Source of the DNA: Haliotis rufescens
Lineage: Eukaryota
Assembly: GCF_023055435.1 (NCBI RefSeq)
Contig: NW_025963779.1
Span: 19,220,001-19,284,000 of the forward strand
Reading direction: 5' to 3'
DNA length: 64,000 nucleotides
Positions 49,078 through 62,132 of this stretch are shown one piece after another. The first letter of the stretch is position 1. The number at the start of each line of letters is the position of its first letter. The notes beneath the pieces are model-generated. The model saw only the letters and a program-made list of their open reading frames with translations. It ran no database searches and was not told the origin of the DNA. Made by a program: the position numbers and the translations under genes.

Positions 49078-49315
49078 TGTGTTTGTTTGCTTGTTGTTTA
49101 ACGCCGCACTAAGCATATATGCTATATGACGGCGTTCTGTAAATAAACGAGTCTGGACCAGACAATCAAGAGAATGTCATCATGATCATCGATCTACGCA
49201 TGTGTGTGTGTGTGCGTGTGTGCGCGCGCGTGCGTGTGTCTTTGTGTGTGTTTGTTTGCTTGTTTAACGTCGCACTCGGCAGTATTCCAGCTATATGACG
49301 GCGGTCTGTAAATAA
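49078..49315 (-). mobile_element. Two family B 3' fragments separated by (TG)n/(CG)n microsatellite
   Basis: gtttaacgccgcact...tctggaccagacaatc tail. Confidence 0.75.
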
Positions 49316-50707
49316 ATAAATATATAAAAACTACCAACAGCTCGACAGACAGAAAGGCTTATTGTTTAATCACCTTATAAATCAAATGTTGACTGCATGA
49401 GACTAAAATAAACCTTCACAGCCCTCACAAAAACTACGATCTCAGGTGAAGTGATTCATCTTCATAAATTCAGCACTTTGGTCCTCCAGGTTCTGATGAT
49501 GATCATGATCATGATGATGACGATGATGATGACAAAGAGTATTGCGACATAGTCGACAACATCTGAAGTTGACCATGTTGACTGCCGTCAATGATGAATT
49601 TTGTTGTTTTATTAAAGAAAGTACTTAAACCAATTATCATTTAATCTAAGTTCAGCTTTCAGAACCATTTGACTTAATTTTGGTGCCATCGTTGGTAGGA
49701 ACTTCAAAGTTCAATCGTCTTTGTTCCAGGGATTCAGAAGGGGATTATTCCGTGATTCCGCACATCTAAATGAAAACATCCTGACGCCGGCCGCGGTCAC
49801 TGCATAATGTTGTCGTTATCACTGTTTGCTTTAACAAACAAACATGCCCCACCGCCCACGCCGCGTAGCATTGGAAGCTAGTTGTCAGTCATTAACTTAT
49901 TTCGATATGATCGCACCAGCTATCACTATTCCTCGCATAGTCGCCATCGTGGCTGATTGGTAGATGACCGCAGCTTAATTAAATGCCTCCTGTGCAGAAC
50001 AGTGGAGTAGACTGAGTACTCGACTGTACCCGGGACAATGTCCCGATAGCGCTGTAACTCAGCGTCTATGCTACTCAAACCGATACAAAAGCATCAGTAT
50101 TGATCCACTTGGGTAAACATATTTATAATTCCCGCCGGTGTCAAACTGGTGAATCTGTAGATCACTATAGAGGCAGCTGACTGACTTCACATCCTCGCTG
50201 GAGCTATCAGTACCGGGCGTTGGACGTTACTCGGTCCGGGACTGTAGCCCACCATGTTCCGTGGTGTGCGTCTGTGAGACTGTTCCGAATGTGCTTTATC
50301 GACGACCATTTGAATGTTTAACAATTTGCCAACGATTTAAGTAAGTTGGAATAGTTTTACTACGGCTGCTACGTGAGAGTCATTCGCATGAAACACGCGG
50401 GAAGGAACGGCTGTGGTAACTGCATTGGTCGAGGATAGAAGGACATTTTAACATGATATGTTGCTGTTGCTGAGGCGGTGACGCCGATGTTGTCAACGTT
50501 TCTGCGATGTGTCTTTGTCACGGGTACGACTAAACTGACGTATAATTGAAAGAACGTAAATTAATCTATTCCTATCAATAGATCAGAAATATTTCTCTTC
50601 GACATGGCCTTCGCATGGTGATTATATTAGCTACCTTGAGTGTAATGGTAGATACTCTGTGACGTCTCCGCCAAGTGTTGTTACTGTCGGCGCCAGGAAG
50701 CAGCATC

Positions 50708-53700
50708 ATGGGCAAGTTACAGGAGTTCTGTATACGACTTGACAACTCGAGGACTGTGTACACGTCGGGGGAGGTGGTGTCGGGCGTGGTCGTCGTCACC
50801 ATCAGCGAGCCCATGAAAATGAGAGGTATGTTCTTTGATGGGTTCCGAAGTTCTATCTGCATCCGACGTTACTTAATTTGAATAACAATTAATGTTTTAA
50901 ATACGTATATCATGTGTATTAACTAAACCATTAATTTGTGTATGTTAGAATGTTTGAAACAAACTGTTTATACTATCATAAACAAATCATCACACCTTTG
51001 TCATTTCGATGTTCAGTGCGACACATGATCTTTTCTATAGAAAAGGGGTTGACAGCAACTGTTGTATCAACAGCACATCCATATGGGTACCGTGCGCTAA
51101 TGGACCCTCGGCGCTAATGGCAACGCGCTTCCATCGCTATTACTATGTAATGTTACTGGAATATATATTTTAAAACTATTTATCAACTCAAATCCTGACT
51201 TGAAGTACCACTAGTCGCAGCAGCTGACTAAAATGTTTGATAATTTTTACATCAACAGCGGACCGGTGCTTGGTCTGTCCGACAATGGTTCTTTCTAATG
51301 GGCCTGTCACACACTACCGATGTACACATGTACCTCGCCGGGACTTAACGGAGCAATAAATTTAACAACGTTGTGAAAATCGGCGGAGCTCCGGCGAGAA
51401 AGCGCTTGAAAATTTAAAATCGACCGTAGCAATACCGATGTAGTACCGGCGTTCCCGTTGTTCTACCGTTGTAAGAGACGATGTGCTTCCGAATACCACT
51501 TTTCCTGTCACCTTAGTGTTACCGATGCGCCGCCGATGTTATACCGATGTATTGCCGTTGACCGGAGCTCAAGCGGAGTGATGTCGTTGCGGTGCCGATG
51601 TTATACCGATGTATCACCGTTGACCGGAGCTCTAGCGGAGTGATGTCGTTGCGGTGCCGATGTTATACCGATGTATCACCGTTGACCGGAGCTCTAGCGG
51701 CGTTATGTCGTTGCGGTGCCGATGTTATACCGATGTATCACACGTTGACCAGAGCTCTAGCGGCGTGATGTCGTTGCGGTGCCGATGTTATACCGATGTA
51801 TCAACGTTGACCGGAGCTCTAGCGGAGTGATGTCGTTGCGGTGCCGATGTTGTACCGATGTTTCACCGTTGACCGGAGCTCTTGCGGAGTGATGTCGTTG
51901 CGGTGCCGATGTTATACCGATGTATCACCGTTGACAGGAGCTCTTGCGGAGTGATGTCGTTGCGGTGCCGATGTTATACCGATGTATCACCGTTGACCGG
52001 AGCTCTAGCGGAGTGATGTCGTTGCGGTGCCGATGTTATACCGATGTATCACCGTTGACCGGAGCTCTAGCGGCGTTATGTCGTTGCGGTGCCGATGTTA
52101 TACCGATGTATCACACGTTGACCGGAGCTCTAGCGGCGTGATGTCGTTGCGGTGCCGATGTTATACCGATGTATCACCGTTGACCGGAGCTCTAGCGGAG
52201 TGATGTCGTTGCGGTGCCGATGTTGTACCGATGTTTCACCGTTGACCGGAGCTCTTGCGGAGTGATGTCGTTGCGGTGCCGATGTTATACCGATGTATCA
52301 CCGTTGACCGGAGCTCTAGCGGAGTGATGTCGTTGCGGTGCCGATGTTATACCGATGTATCACCGTTGACCGGAGCTCTAGCGGAGTGATGTCGTTGCGG
52401 TGCCGATGTTATACCGATGTATCACCGTTGACCGGAGCTCTAGCGGAGTGATGTCGTTGCGGTGCCGATGTTATACCGATGTATCACACGTTGACCGGAG
52501 CTCTAGCGGCGTGATGTCGTTGCGGTGCCGATGTTATACCGATGTATCACCGTTGACCGGAGCTCTAGCGGAGTGATGTCGTTGCGGTGCCGATGTTGTA
52601 CCGATGTTTCACCGTTGACCGGAGCTCTTGCGGAGTGATGTCGTTGCGGTGCCGATGTTATACCGATGTATCACCGTTGACCGGAGCTCTAGCGGAGTGA
52701 TGTCGTTGCGGTGCCGATGTTGTACCGATGTTTCACCGTTGACCGGAGCTCTTGCGGAGTGATGTCGTTGCGGTGCCGATGTTATACCGATGTATCACCG
52801 TTGACCGGAGCTCTAGCGGAGTGATGTCGTTGCGGTGCCGATGTTATACCGATGTATCACCGTTGACCGGAGCTCTAGCGGCGTTATGTCGTTGCGGTGC
52901 CGATGTTATACCGATGTATCACACGTTGACCAGAGCTCTAGCGGCGTGATGTCGTTGCGGTGCCGATGTTATACCGATGTATCACCGTTGACCGGAGCTC
53001 TAGCGGAGTGATGTCGTTGCGGTGCCGATGTTGTACCGATGTTTCACCGTTGACCGGAGCTCTTGCGGAGTGATGTCGTTGCGGTGCCGATGTTATACCG
53101 ATGTATCACCGTTGACCGGAGCTCTTGCGGAGTGATGTCGTTGCGGTGCCGATGTTATACCGATGTATCACCGTTGACCGGAGCTCTAGCGGAGTGATGT
53201 CGTTGCGGTGCCGATGTTATACCGATGTATCACCGTTGACCGGAGCTCTAGCGGCGTTATGTCGTTGCGGTGCCGATGTTATACCGATGTATCACACGTT
53301 GACCAGAGCTCTAGCGGCGTGATGTCGTTGCGGTGCCGATGTTATACCGATGTATCACCGTTGACCGGAGCTCTAGCGGAGTGATGTCGTTGCGGTGCCG
53401 ATGTTGTACCGATGTTTCACCGTTGACCGGAGCTCTTGCGGAGTGATGTCGTTGCGGTGCCGATGTTATACCGATGTATCACCGTTGACCGGAGCTCTAG
53501 CGGAGTGATGTCGTTGCGGTGCCGATGTTATACCGATGTATCACCGTTGACCGGAGCTCTAGCGGAGTGATGTCGTTGCGGTGCCGATGTTGCACCGATG
53601 TATCACACGTTGACCGGAGCTCTTGCGGAGTGATGTCGTTGCGGTGCCGATGTTATACCGATGTATCACCGTTGACCGGAGCTCTAGCGGAGTGATGTCG

Positions 53701-56700
53701 TTGCGGTGCCGATGTTATACCGATGTTTCACCGTTGACCGGAGCTCTAGCGGAGTGATGTCGTTGCGGTGCCGATGTTATACCGATGTATCACCGTTGAC
53801 CGGAGCTCTTGCGGAGTGATGTCGTTGCGGTGCCGATGTTATACCGATGTATCACCGTTGACCGGAGCTCTAGCGGCGTTATGTCGTTGCGGTGCCGATG
53901 TTATACCGATGTATCACACTTGACCGGAGCTCTAGCGGCGTTATGTCGTTGCGGTGCCGATGTTATACCGATGTATCACACGTTGACCAGAGCTCTAGCG
54001 GAGTGATGTCGTTGCGGTGCCGATGTTGTACCGATGTTTCACCGTTGACCGGAGCTCTTGCGGAGTGATGTCGTTGCGGTGCCGATGTTATACCGATGTA
54101 TCACCGTTGACCGGAGCTCTTGCGGAGTGATGTCGTTGCGGTGCCGATGTTATACCGATGTATCACCGTTGACCGGAGCTCTAGCGGAGTGATGTCGTTG
54201 CGGTGCCGATGTTATACCGATGTATCACCGTTGACCGGAGCTCTAGCGGCGTTATGTCGTTGCGGTGCCGATGTTATACCGATGTATCACACGTTGACCA
54301 GAGCTCTAGCGGCGTGATGTCGTTGCTGTGCCGATGTTATACCGATGTATCACCGTTGACCGGAGCTCTAGCGGAGTGATGTCGTTGCGGTGCCGATGTT
54401 GTACCGATGTTTCACCGTTGACCGGAGCTCTTGCGGAGTGATGTCGTTGCGGTGCCGATGTTATACCGATGTATCACCGTTGACCGGAGCTCTTGCGGAG
54501 TGATGTCGTTGCGGTGCCGATGTTATACCGATGTATCACCGTTGACCGGAGCTCTAGCGGAGTGATGTCGTTGCGGTGCCGATGTTGTACCGATGTTTCA
54601 CCGTTGACCGGAGCTCTTGCGGAGTGATGTCGTTGCGGTGCCGATGTTATACCGATGTATCACCGTTGACCGGAGCTCTAGCGGAGTGATGTCGTTGCGG
54701 TGCCGATGTTAAACCGATGTATCACCGTTGACCGGAGCTCTAGCGGAGTGATGTCGTTGCGGTGCCGATGTTATACCGATGTATCACCGTTGACCGGAGC
54801 TCTAGCGGAGTGATGTCGTTGCGGTGCCGATGTTATACCGATGTATCACCGTTGACCGGAGCTCTAGCGGAGTGATGTCGTTGCGGTGCCGATGTTATAC
54901 CGATGTATCACCGTTGACTGGAGCTCTAGCGGCGTTATGTCGTTGCGGTGCCGATGTTATACCGATGTATCACCGTTGACCGGAGCTCTAGCGGCGTTAT
55001 GTCGTTGCGGTGCCGATGTTATACCGATGTATCACACGTTGACCAGAGCTCTAGCGGCGTGATGTCGTTGCGGTGCCGATGTTATACCGATGTATCAACG
55101 TTGACCGGAGCTCTAGCGGAGTGATGTCGTTGCGGTGCCGATGTTGTACCGATGTTTCACCGTTGACCGGAGCTCTTGCGGAGTGATGTCGTTGCGGTGC
55201 CGATGTTATACCGATGTATCACCGTTGACCGGAGCTCTTGCGGAGTGATGTCGTTGCGGTGCCGATGTTATACCGATGTATCACCGTTGACCGGAGCTCT
55301 AGCGGAGTGATGTCGTTGCGGTGCCGATGTTATACCGATGTATCACCGTTGACCGGAGCTCTAGCGGCGTTATGTCGTTGCGATGCCGATGTTATACCGA
55401 TGTATCACACGTTGACCAGAGCTCTAGCGGCGTGATGTCGTTGCTGTGCCGATGTTATACCGATGTATCACCGTTGACCGGAGCTCTAGCGGAGTGATGT
55501 CGTTGCGGTGCCGATGTTGTACCGATGTTTCACCGTTGACCGGAGCTCTTGCGGAGTGATGTCGTTGCGGTGCCGATGTTATACCGATGTATCACCGTTG
55601 ACCGGAGCTCTTGCGGAGTGATGTCGTTGCGGTGCCGATGTTATACCGATGTATCACCGTTGACCGGAGCTCTAGCGGAGTGATGTCGTTGCGGTGCCGA
55701 TGTTGTACCGATGTTTCACCGTTGACCGGAGCTCTTGCGGAGTGATGTCGTTGCGGTGCCGATGTTATACCGATGTATCACCGTTGACCGGAGCTCTAGC
55801 GGAGTGATGTCGTTGCGGTGCCGATGTTATACCGATGTATCACCGTTGACCGGAGCTCTAGCGGAGTGATGTCGTTGCGGTGCCGATGTTATACCGATGT
55901 ATCACCGTTGACCGGAGCTCTAGCGGAGTGATGTCGTTGCGGTGCCGATGTTATACCGATGTATCACCGTTGACCGGAGCTCTAGCGGAGTGATGTCGTT
56001 GCGGTGCCGATGTTATACCGATGTATCACCGTTGACCGGAGCTCTAGCGGCGTTATGTCGTTGCGGTGCCGATGTTATACCGATGTATCACCGTTGACCG
56101 GAGCTCTAGCGGAGTGATGTCGTTGCGGTGCCGATGTTATACCGATGTATCACCGTTGACCGGAGCTCTAGCGGAGTGATGTCGTTGCGGTGCCGATGTT
56201 ATACCGATGTATCACCGTTGACCGGAGCTCTAGCGGAGTGATGTCGTTGCGGTGCCGATGTTATACCGATGTATCACCGTTGACCGGAGCTCTAGCGGAG
56301 TGATGTCGTTGCGGTGCCGATGTTGTACCGATGTTTCACCGTTGACCGGAGCTCTTGCGGAGTGATGTCGTTGCGGTGCCGATGTTATACCGATGTATCA
56401 CCGTTGACCGGAGCTCTTGCGGAGTGATGTCGTTGCGGTGCCGATGTTATACCGATGTATCACCGTTGACCGGAGCTCTAGCGGAGTGATGTCGTTGCGG
56501 TGCCGATGTTGTACCGATGTTTCACCGTTGACCGGAGCTCTTGCGGAGTGATGTCGTTGCGGTGCCGATGTTATACCGATGTATCACCGTTGACCGGAGC
56601 TCTAGCGGAGTGATGTCGTTGCGGTGCCGATGTTATACCGATGTATCACCGTTGACCGGAGCTCTAGCGGAGTGATGTCGTTGCGGTGCCGATGTTATAC

Positions 56701-59700
56701 CGATGTATCACCGTTGACCGGAGCTCTAGCGGAGTGATGTCGTTGCGGTGCCGATGTTATACCGATGTATCACCGTTGACCGGAGCTCTAGCGGAGTGAT
56801 GTCGTTGCGGTGCCGATGTTATACCGATGTATCACCGTTGACCGGAGCTCTAGCGGCGTTATGTCGTTGCGGTGCCGATGTTATACCGATGTATCACCGT
56901 TGACCGGAGCTCTAGCGGAGTGATGTCGTTGCGGTGCCGATGTTATACCGATGTATCACCGTTGACCGGAGCTCTAGCGGAGTGATGTCGTTGCGGTGCC
57001 GATGTTATACCGATGTATCACCGTTGACCGGAGCTCTAGCGGAGTGATGTCGTTGCGGTGCCGATGTTATACCGATGTATCACCGTTGACCGGAGCTCTA
57101 GCGGCGTTATGTCGTTGCGGTGCCGATGTTATACCGATGTATCACCGTTGACCGGAGCTCTAGCGGCGTTATGTCGTTGCGGTGCCGATGTTATACCGAT
57201 GTATCACACGTTGACCAGAGCTCTAGCGGCGTGATGTCGTTGCGGTGCCGATGTTATACCGATGTATCAACGTTGACCGGAGCTCTAGCGGAGTGATGTC
57301 GTTGCGGTGCCGATGTTGTACCGATGTTTCACCGTTGACCGGAGCTCTTGCGGAGTGATGTCGTTGCGGTGCCGATGTTATACCGATGTATCACCGTTGA
57401 CCGGAGCTCTTGCGGAGTGATGTCGTTGCGGTGCCGATGTTATACCGATGTATCACCGTTGACCGGAGCTCTAGCGGAGTGATGTCGTTGCGGTGCCGAT
57501 GTTATACCGATGTATCACCGTTGACCGGAGCTCTAGCGGCGTTATGTCGTTGCGATGCCGATGTTATACCGATGTATCACACGTTGACCAGAGCTCTAGC
57601 GGCGTGATGTCGTTGCTGTGCCGATGTTATACCGATGTATCACCGTTGACCGGAGCTCTAGCGGAGTGATGTCGTTGCGGTGCCGATGTTGTACCGATGT
57701 TTCACCGTTGACCGGAGCTCTTGCGGAGTGATGTCGTTGCGGTGCCGATGTTATACCGATGTATCACCGTTGACCGGAGCTCTTGCGGAGTGATGTCGTT
57801 GCGGTGCCGATGTTATACCGATGTATCACCGTTGACCGGAGCTCTAGCGGAGTGATGTCGTTGCGGTGCCGATGTTGTACCGATGTTTCACCGTTGACCG
57901 GAGCTCTTGCGGAGTGATGTCGTTGCGGTGCCGATGTTATACCGATGTATCACCGTTGACCGGAGCTCTAGCGGAGTGATGTCGTTGCGGTGCCGATGTT
58001 ATACCGATGTATCACCGTTGACCGGAGCTCTAGCGGAGTGATGTCGTTGCGGTGCCGATGTTATACCGATGTATCACCGTTGACCGGAGCTCTAGCGGAG
58101 TGATGTCGTTGCGGTGCCGATGTTATACCGATGTATCACCGTTGACCGGAGCTCTAGCGGAGTGATGTCGTTGCGGTGCCGATGTTATACCGATGTATCA
58201 CCGTTGACCGGAGCTCTAGCGGCGTTATGTCGTTGCGGTGCCGATGTTATACCGATGTATCACCGTTGACCGGAGCTCTAGCGGAGTGATGTCGTTGCGG
58301 TGCCGATGTTATACCGATGTATCACCGTTGACCGGAGCTCTAGCGGCGTTATGTCGTTGCGGTGCCGATGTTATACCGATGTATCACCGTTGACCGGAGC
58401 TGTAGCGGCGTTATGTCGTTGTGGTGCCGATGTTATACCGATGTATCACCGTTGACTGGAGCTCTAGCGGAGTGATGTCGTTGCGGTGCCGATGCACTAC
58501 CGGTGTGACGATGGAGCTCCGGTATCACATCGGCGGCGCATCGGTACTACTTCGGTGGTATTCGGTAGTACTACGGTATCACATCGGTACCAGTACGGGA
58601 CACATTGAGGCCACCGGAGAGCCGCCGATCCATTACGGGACGCTACCGATGCTCTACCGACATTAACGAAGCCATACCGAATACGCCGTTGTACTGCCGT
58701 TGTAGTCCCGTTGCTCGCTCCGGCAGCGAAAAAACTACTACCGTCGCTTGCCGTCGCTAATTTTTTTGCCGATGTTCCGACGATGTCCTGAGGATGTACT
58801 ACCGTTCTTAGCGATATGATACCGTTGCGCTGCCGTGCTAGTACCGATCCCCTAAAATCGCCAAATTTGTGCTCCGGTATAGCTCCGGCGACCCAAATCA
58901 GCTAGGTGTGACGTACAGGCCTTTAACTCATTCACTCAGCAATAGGCCCAGGACAAAGCGCTATTGATTTGTGAAAATGGCCTATTTGTAAACATTTATA
59001 AATCACTTGACTGTTAATAATGAAGATTACTCTTGCCCTTTAACTAGCAGTTATTCTAAATATGCTACTCAGAAGAAGTTAAAGTTGGTTGGTTGGTTGG
59101 TTGGTTGGTTGGTTGGTTGTTTAACGCCAAACTCAGCAATATTCTAGCTGTATGACGGCGGTCTGTAAATAATCCAGTCTGGACCAGACAATCCAGTGAT
59201 TGATATCATGAGCATCGATCCATGCATTTGGGATCGATGACATGCATCAACCAAGTCAGCGAGCCTGACCAACCGATCCCGTTTGTCGCCTCTTACGACA
59301 AGCATAGTCGCCTTTTACGACAAGCATGGGTTGCTGAAGACCTATTCTACCAGTTAAAGAACACAGCCTTTCTTCATAGAGTAAATCTGTCATGAATCAT
59401 TAACTGTACAGTCATTTAAGAAATTCGGGTGCTCTTTAACTTCTTTTGAGTAGTTTATTGAAAAAAAACCAAAACATTTCAATGTTTATCAACGCATCAT
59501 GAACGTAAATATTTTAAGAAAATAATCTGTGGAACTGCTGATTATTTTGAGCATATATTGCCAAAAAATACTACACATTTGATCATATCAGCCACGATTC
59601 TGCAAACTGTAGTTATTGCAAAACATGTGCTTTAGTCGAGATCCATGGTGCGTCTGTGTAGGTAGCGTGTATAGCTTTTTGGCTGGAGCAAAGACATACT

Positions 59701-62132
59701 GGAGCCAAAACACACTGCACCCAAATACCCCCCCCCCCCCCTATCTACCCCCTCTCCCACGACCCAACCCCGCCACAATAAGCGTTGTTACAGACGTACC
59801 ACCTGATCGCTGGGTTCTGAAAGGTAGCACCGATGCGGTAGGTCGCAAGCTGGAGCTTTGTACATTGGATGCCGTTTCCGAAAGCCAAAACGATAAAGTG
59901 ATATAAAAGCTGGGTGTTAGGAGTGAGTCCTGGCAACGTTTTAATTGAGCACTACAGCCGATGTCACAGTTTGATTGAGCTTAAGTTGAAAATATGAAGT
60001 ACCCTTTGCTCTCACACTGACTCATTAACTTTTAAAGAATTTCTTGATTATATTTCAAGCTGGATAGTACCATAGTGAATAACACCACTCAGATAAAAAA
60101 AAACACGTAGATTCATCGTCTAACAGAGAAATACAGTATACTACGTTTATAACGAACACGCTTATAACGAACTGATCGATATAACGAACTTATTTTTAGT
60201 CCCTGCCATTTGTTTCATATATGCTGTATGCATGCTTATAACAAACTACAGTTATAACGAACTAAAATTAGTGGTCCCTTTGAGTTCGTTTTAAGCGTAG
60301 TTTACTGTAGTTATGGTTTATGTGAATTATTGTCGGGCGAATGGTTGAAGTAGAAGTTTGTGCGTTAATCCATAGATTCACTATATAACAACATGAATCA
60401 TTTATAGAATAAAAGCAAATCTACAAGCCCTGTTAACGCCAGCCCCCCGTGTTTAGTGTGTCACGCCAGTGTTTATCGAGTGTATTCTCAGGAGAACGCT
60501 ATTAAGGTATTAAATCACCACTCTGTCACAATCTCAACACCACATAATTGCACGCCACCACACACCGGTATCAGCGGACATCAGGGAGCAATATAGCAGC
60601 ATAATATATAAACCTTATCACAGATCAACTCAACAGAATAAAAAAAGACAATATTTAACAATTGTGTAGACATCTATTTCTATCCCATGTACTGTTTTCC
60701 CCTTGCCTGCGAATATATACAATATGGATTAGGAAGCTTCAGGTCATGGCGTTTAGTGGACCGGACTAAAACTTGATTGGACTTCTGATTCAGTTTCTCA
60801 TCACTCATCAATTAAATAGATAGCGTCCTATATCCATGACATAAATACGAGTAAGATTTATTCCGATATCAGACTTTACTACTGAAAACATCCGATAGCA
60901 AACCCCTTATCGCTACTACACAAGTATAGGGCACTCAGCCAATAACACGTCTTCCGGTAATAACCAGCTCGTTGTGAACGTGTTCTGATTGACAGAATCT
61001 CGGATACCGTTTAAAGACTGACAAAAAACTGCCATGTGTGCCCAGGGTATAACGNNNNNNNNNNNNNNNNNNNNNNNNNNNNNNNNNNNNNNNNNNNNNN
61101 NNNNNNNNNNNNNNNNNNNNNNNNNNNNNNNNNNNNNNNNNNNNNNNNNNNNNNNNNNNNNNNNNNNNNNNNNNNNNNNNNNNNNNNNNNNNNNNNNNNN
61201 NNNNNNNNNNNNNNNNNNNNNNNNNNNNNNNNNNNNNNNNNNNNNNNNNNNNNNNNNNNNNNNNNNNNNNNNNNNNNNNNNNNNNNNNNNNNNNNNNNNN
61301 NNNNNNNNNNNNNNNNNNNNNNAAACATGTAATTGTTCAAGACAGGTACCATTTAAAGCGTTTAGACGTCGCATTCAATATGCGAATACAGACAGACTGT
61401 TAATGATACAGATAGTAGTATGTATGAAGGTGGGGCTGTTTTCAAGGTGACTGTTAGTGATACAGATAGTAGTATGTATGAAGGTGGGGCTGTTTTCAAG
61501 GTGACTGTTAGTAATACAGATAGTAGTATGTATGAAGGTGGGGCTGTTTTCAAGGTAAGGTCGCCTTTGGCTATAGTCCTAAAACACTAGTACACAAATA
61601 TAAGAATGTTGTTTCTAAATAAATCCTACATTATTATCTGGCATATATGTCCACTATGACATTTATTGTCTTCTTGTCTATTATGGGAATATGTCACGAT
61701 GCCGATTGTGTCGGCTATTTACATACAAAGTACCAAGAAGCAGCTGTTATATTTCCAGGAAGGACTGTCCAAGTTAGTATTGGTCCACGCAGCATTAGGG
61801 TAGTATGTCTTCCAGACCCTAGAGAATAATCTAAAAAAGGGAATCCAACTCAAGTTCATTTGGATTATATTTTTATTTTGTAGATACATATTTTTTAACT
61901 CAGATAACTTTATTTCTGGGACTAATTGTTAGTCTATAGTAGTAGGTAACAAGTGTAAAAGAGACAAGAGCCCTCTACAATTCAGGGATACGAGTGACCT
62001 TTCAAGGGAAGGCAGGGGTCAACTGGAAGGAGACGGCCAATCAGGACGACGACGACAGTAAGAAGACCGTCGTGGTCCACTTCAACGCAGAGGAGATCTA
62101 CATCAACCACAGGAAGCTGCTCTGGGGGGAAG
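50708..62132 (+). CDS. Alpha-arrestin (arrestin domain-containing protein), coding exons 50708-50825 and 61986-62132; remainder off-window
   Basis: MGKLQEFCIRLDNSRTVYTSGEVVSGVVVVTISEPMKMR|GIRVTFQGKAGVNWKE...HFNAEEIYINHRKLLWG is the arrestin-N signature (VY.SGE.V.G.V ... G.A.V.W.E ... EE.Y). Phase-1 introns are consistent. Confidence 0.92.
51299..58924. mobile_element. TIR element (Harbinger-like ends) enclosing the 62-bp satellite
   Basis: Left taa-tgggcctgtcacac, right gtgtgac(gtac)aggcct-ttaa; both arms are built of degenerate accgatg/ccgttg units like the satellite. Confidence 0.65.
51530..58493. repeat. 62-bp CpG-rich satellite, ~112 copies, ~7 kb
   Basis: Unit gatgtcgttgcggtgccgatgttataccgatgtatcaccgttgaccggagctctagcggagt. 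Confidence 0.99.
59084..59351 (-). mobile_element. SINE-like family B, slightly 5'-truncated, (AACC)n tail
   Basis: TSD agttaaag. Confidence 0.9.
60132..60309. mobile_element. TA-flanked Tc1/pogo-type MITE
   Basis: tacagta...tactgta ends, internal ttataacgaac repeats; same family as 23904-24081. Confidence 0.8.
61055..61322. other. Assembly gap (N run)
   Basis: Run of n. Confidence 1.
61394..61558. repeat. 54-bp tandem repeat, 3 copies
   Basis: gactgttagtgatacagatagtagtatgtatgaaggtggggctgttttcaaggt. Confidence 0.92.

Noticed and set aside
51530-58493. Possible CRISPR array or repeated small gene (65-aa ORFs)
   Set aside because: Head-to-tail units with no unique spacers, no cas genes, and a eukaryotic intronic context.
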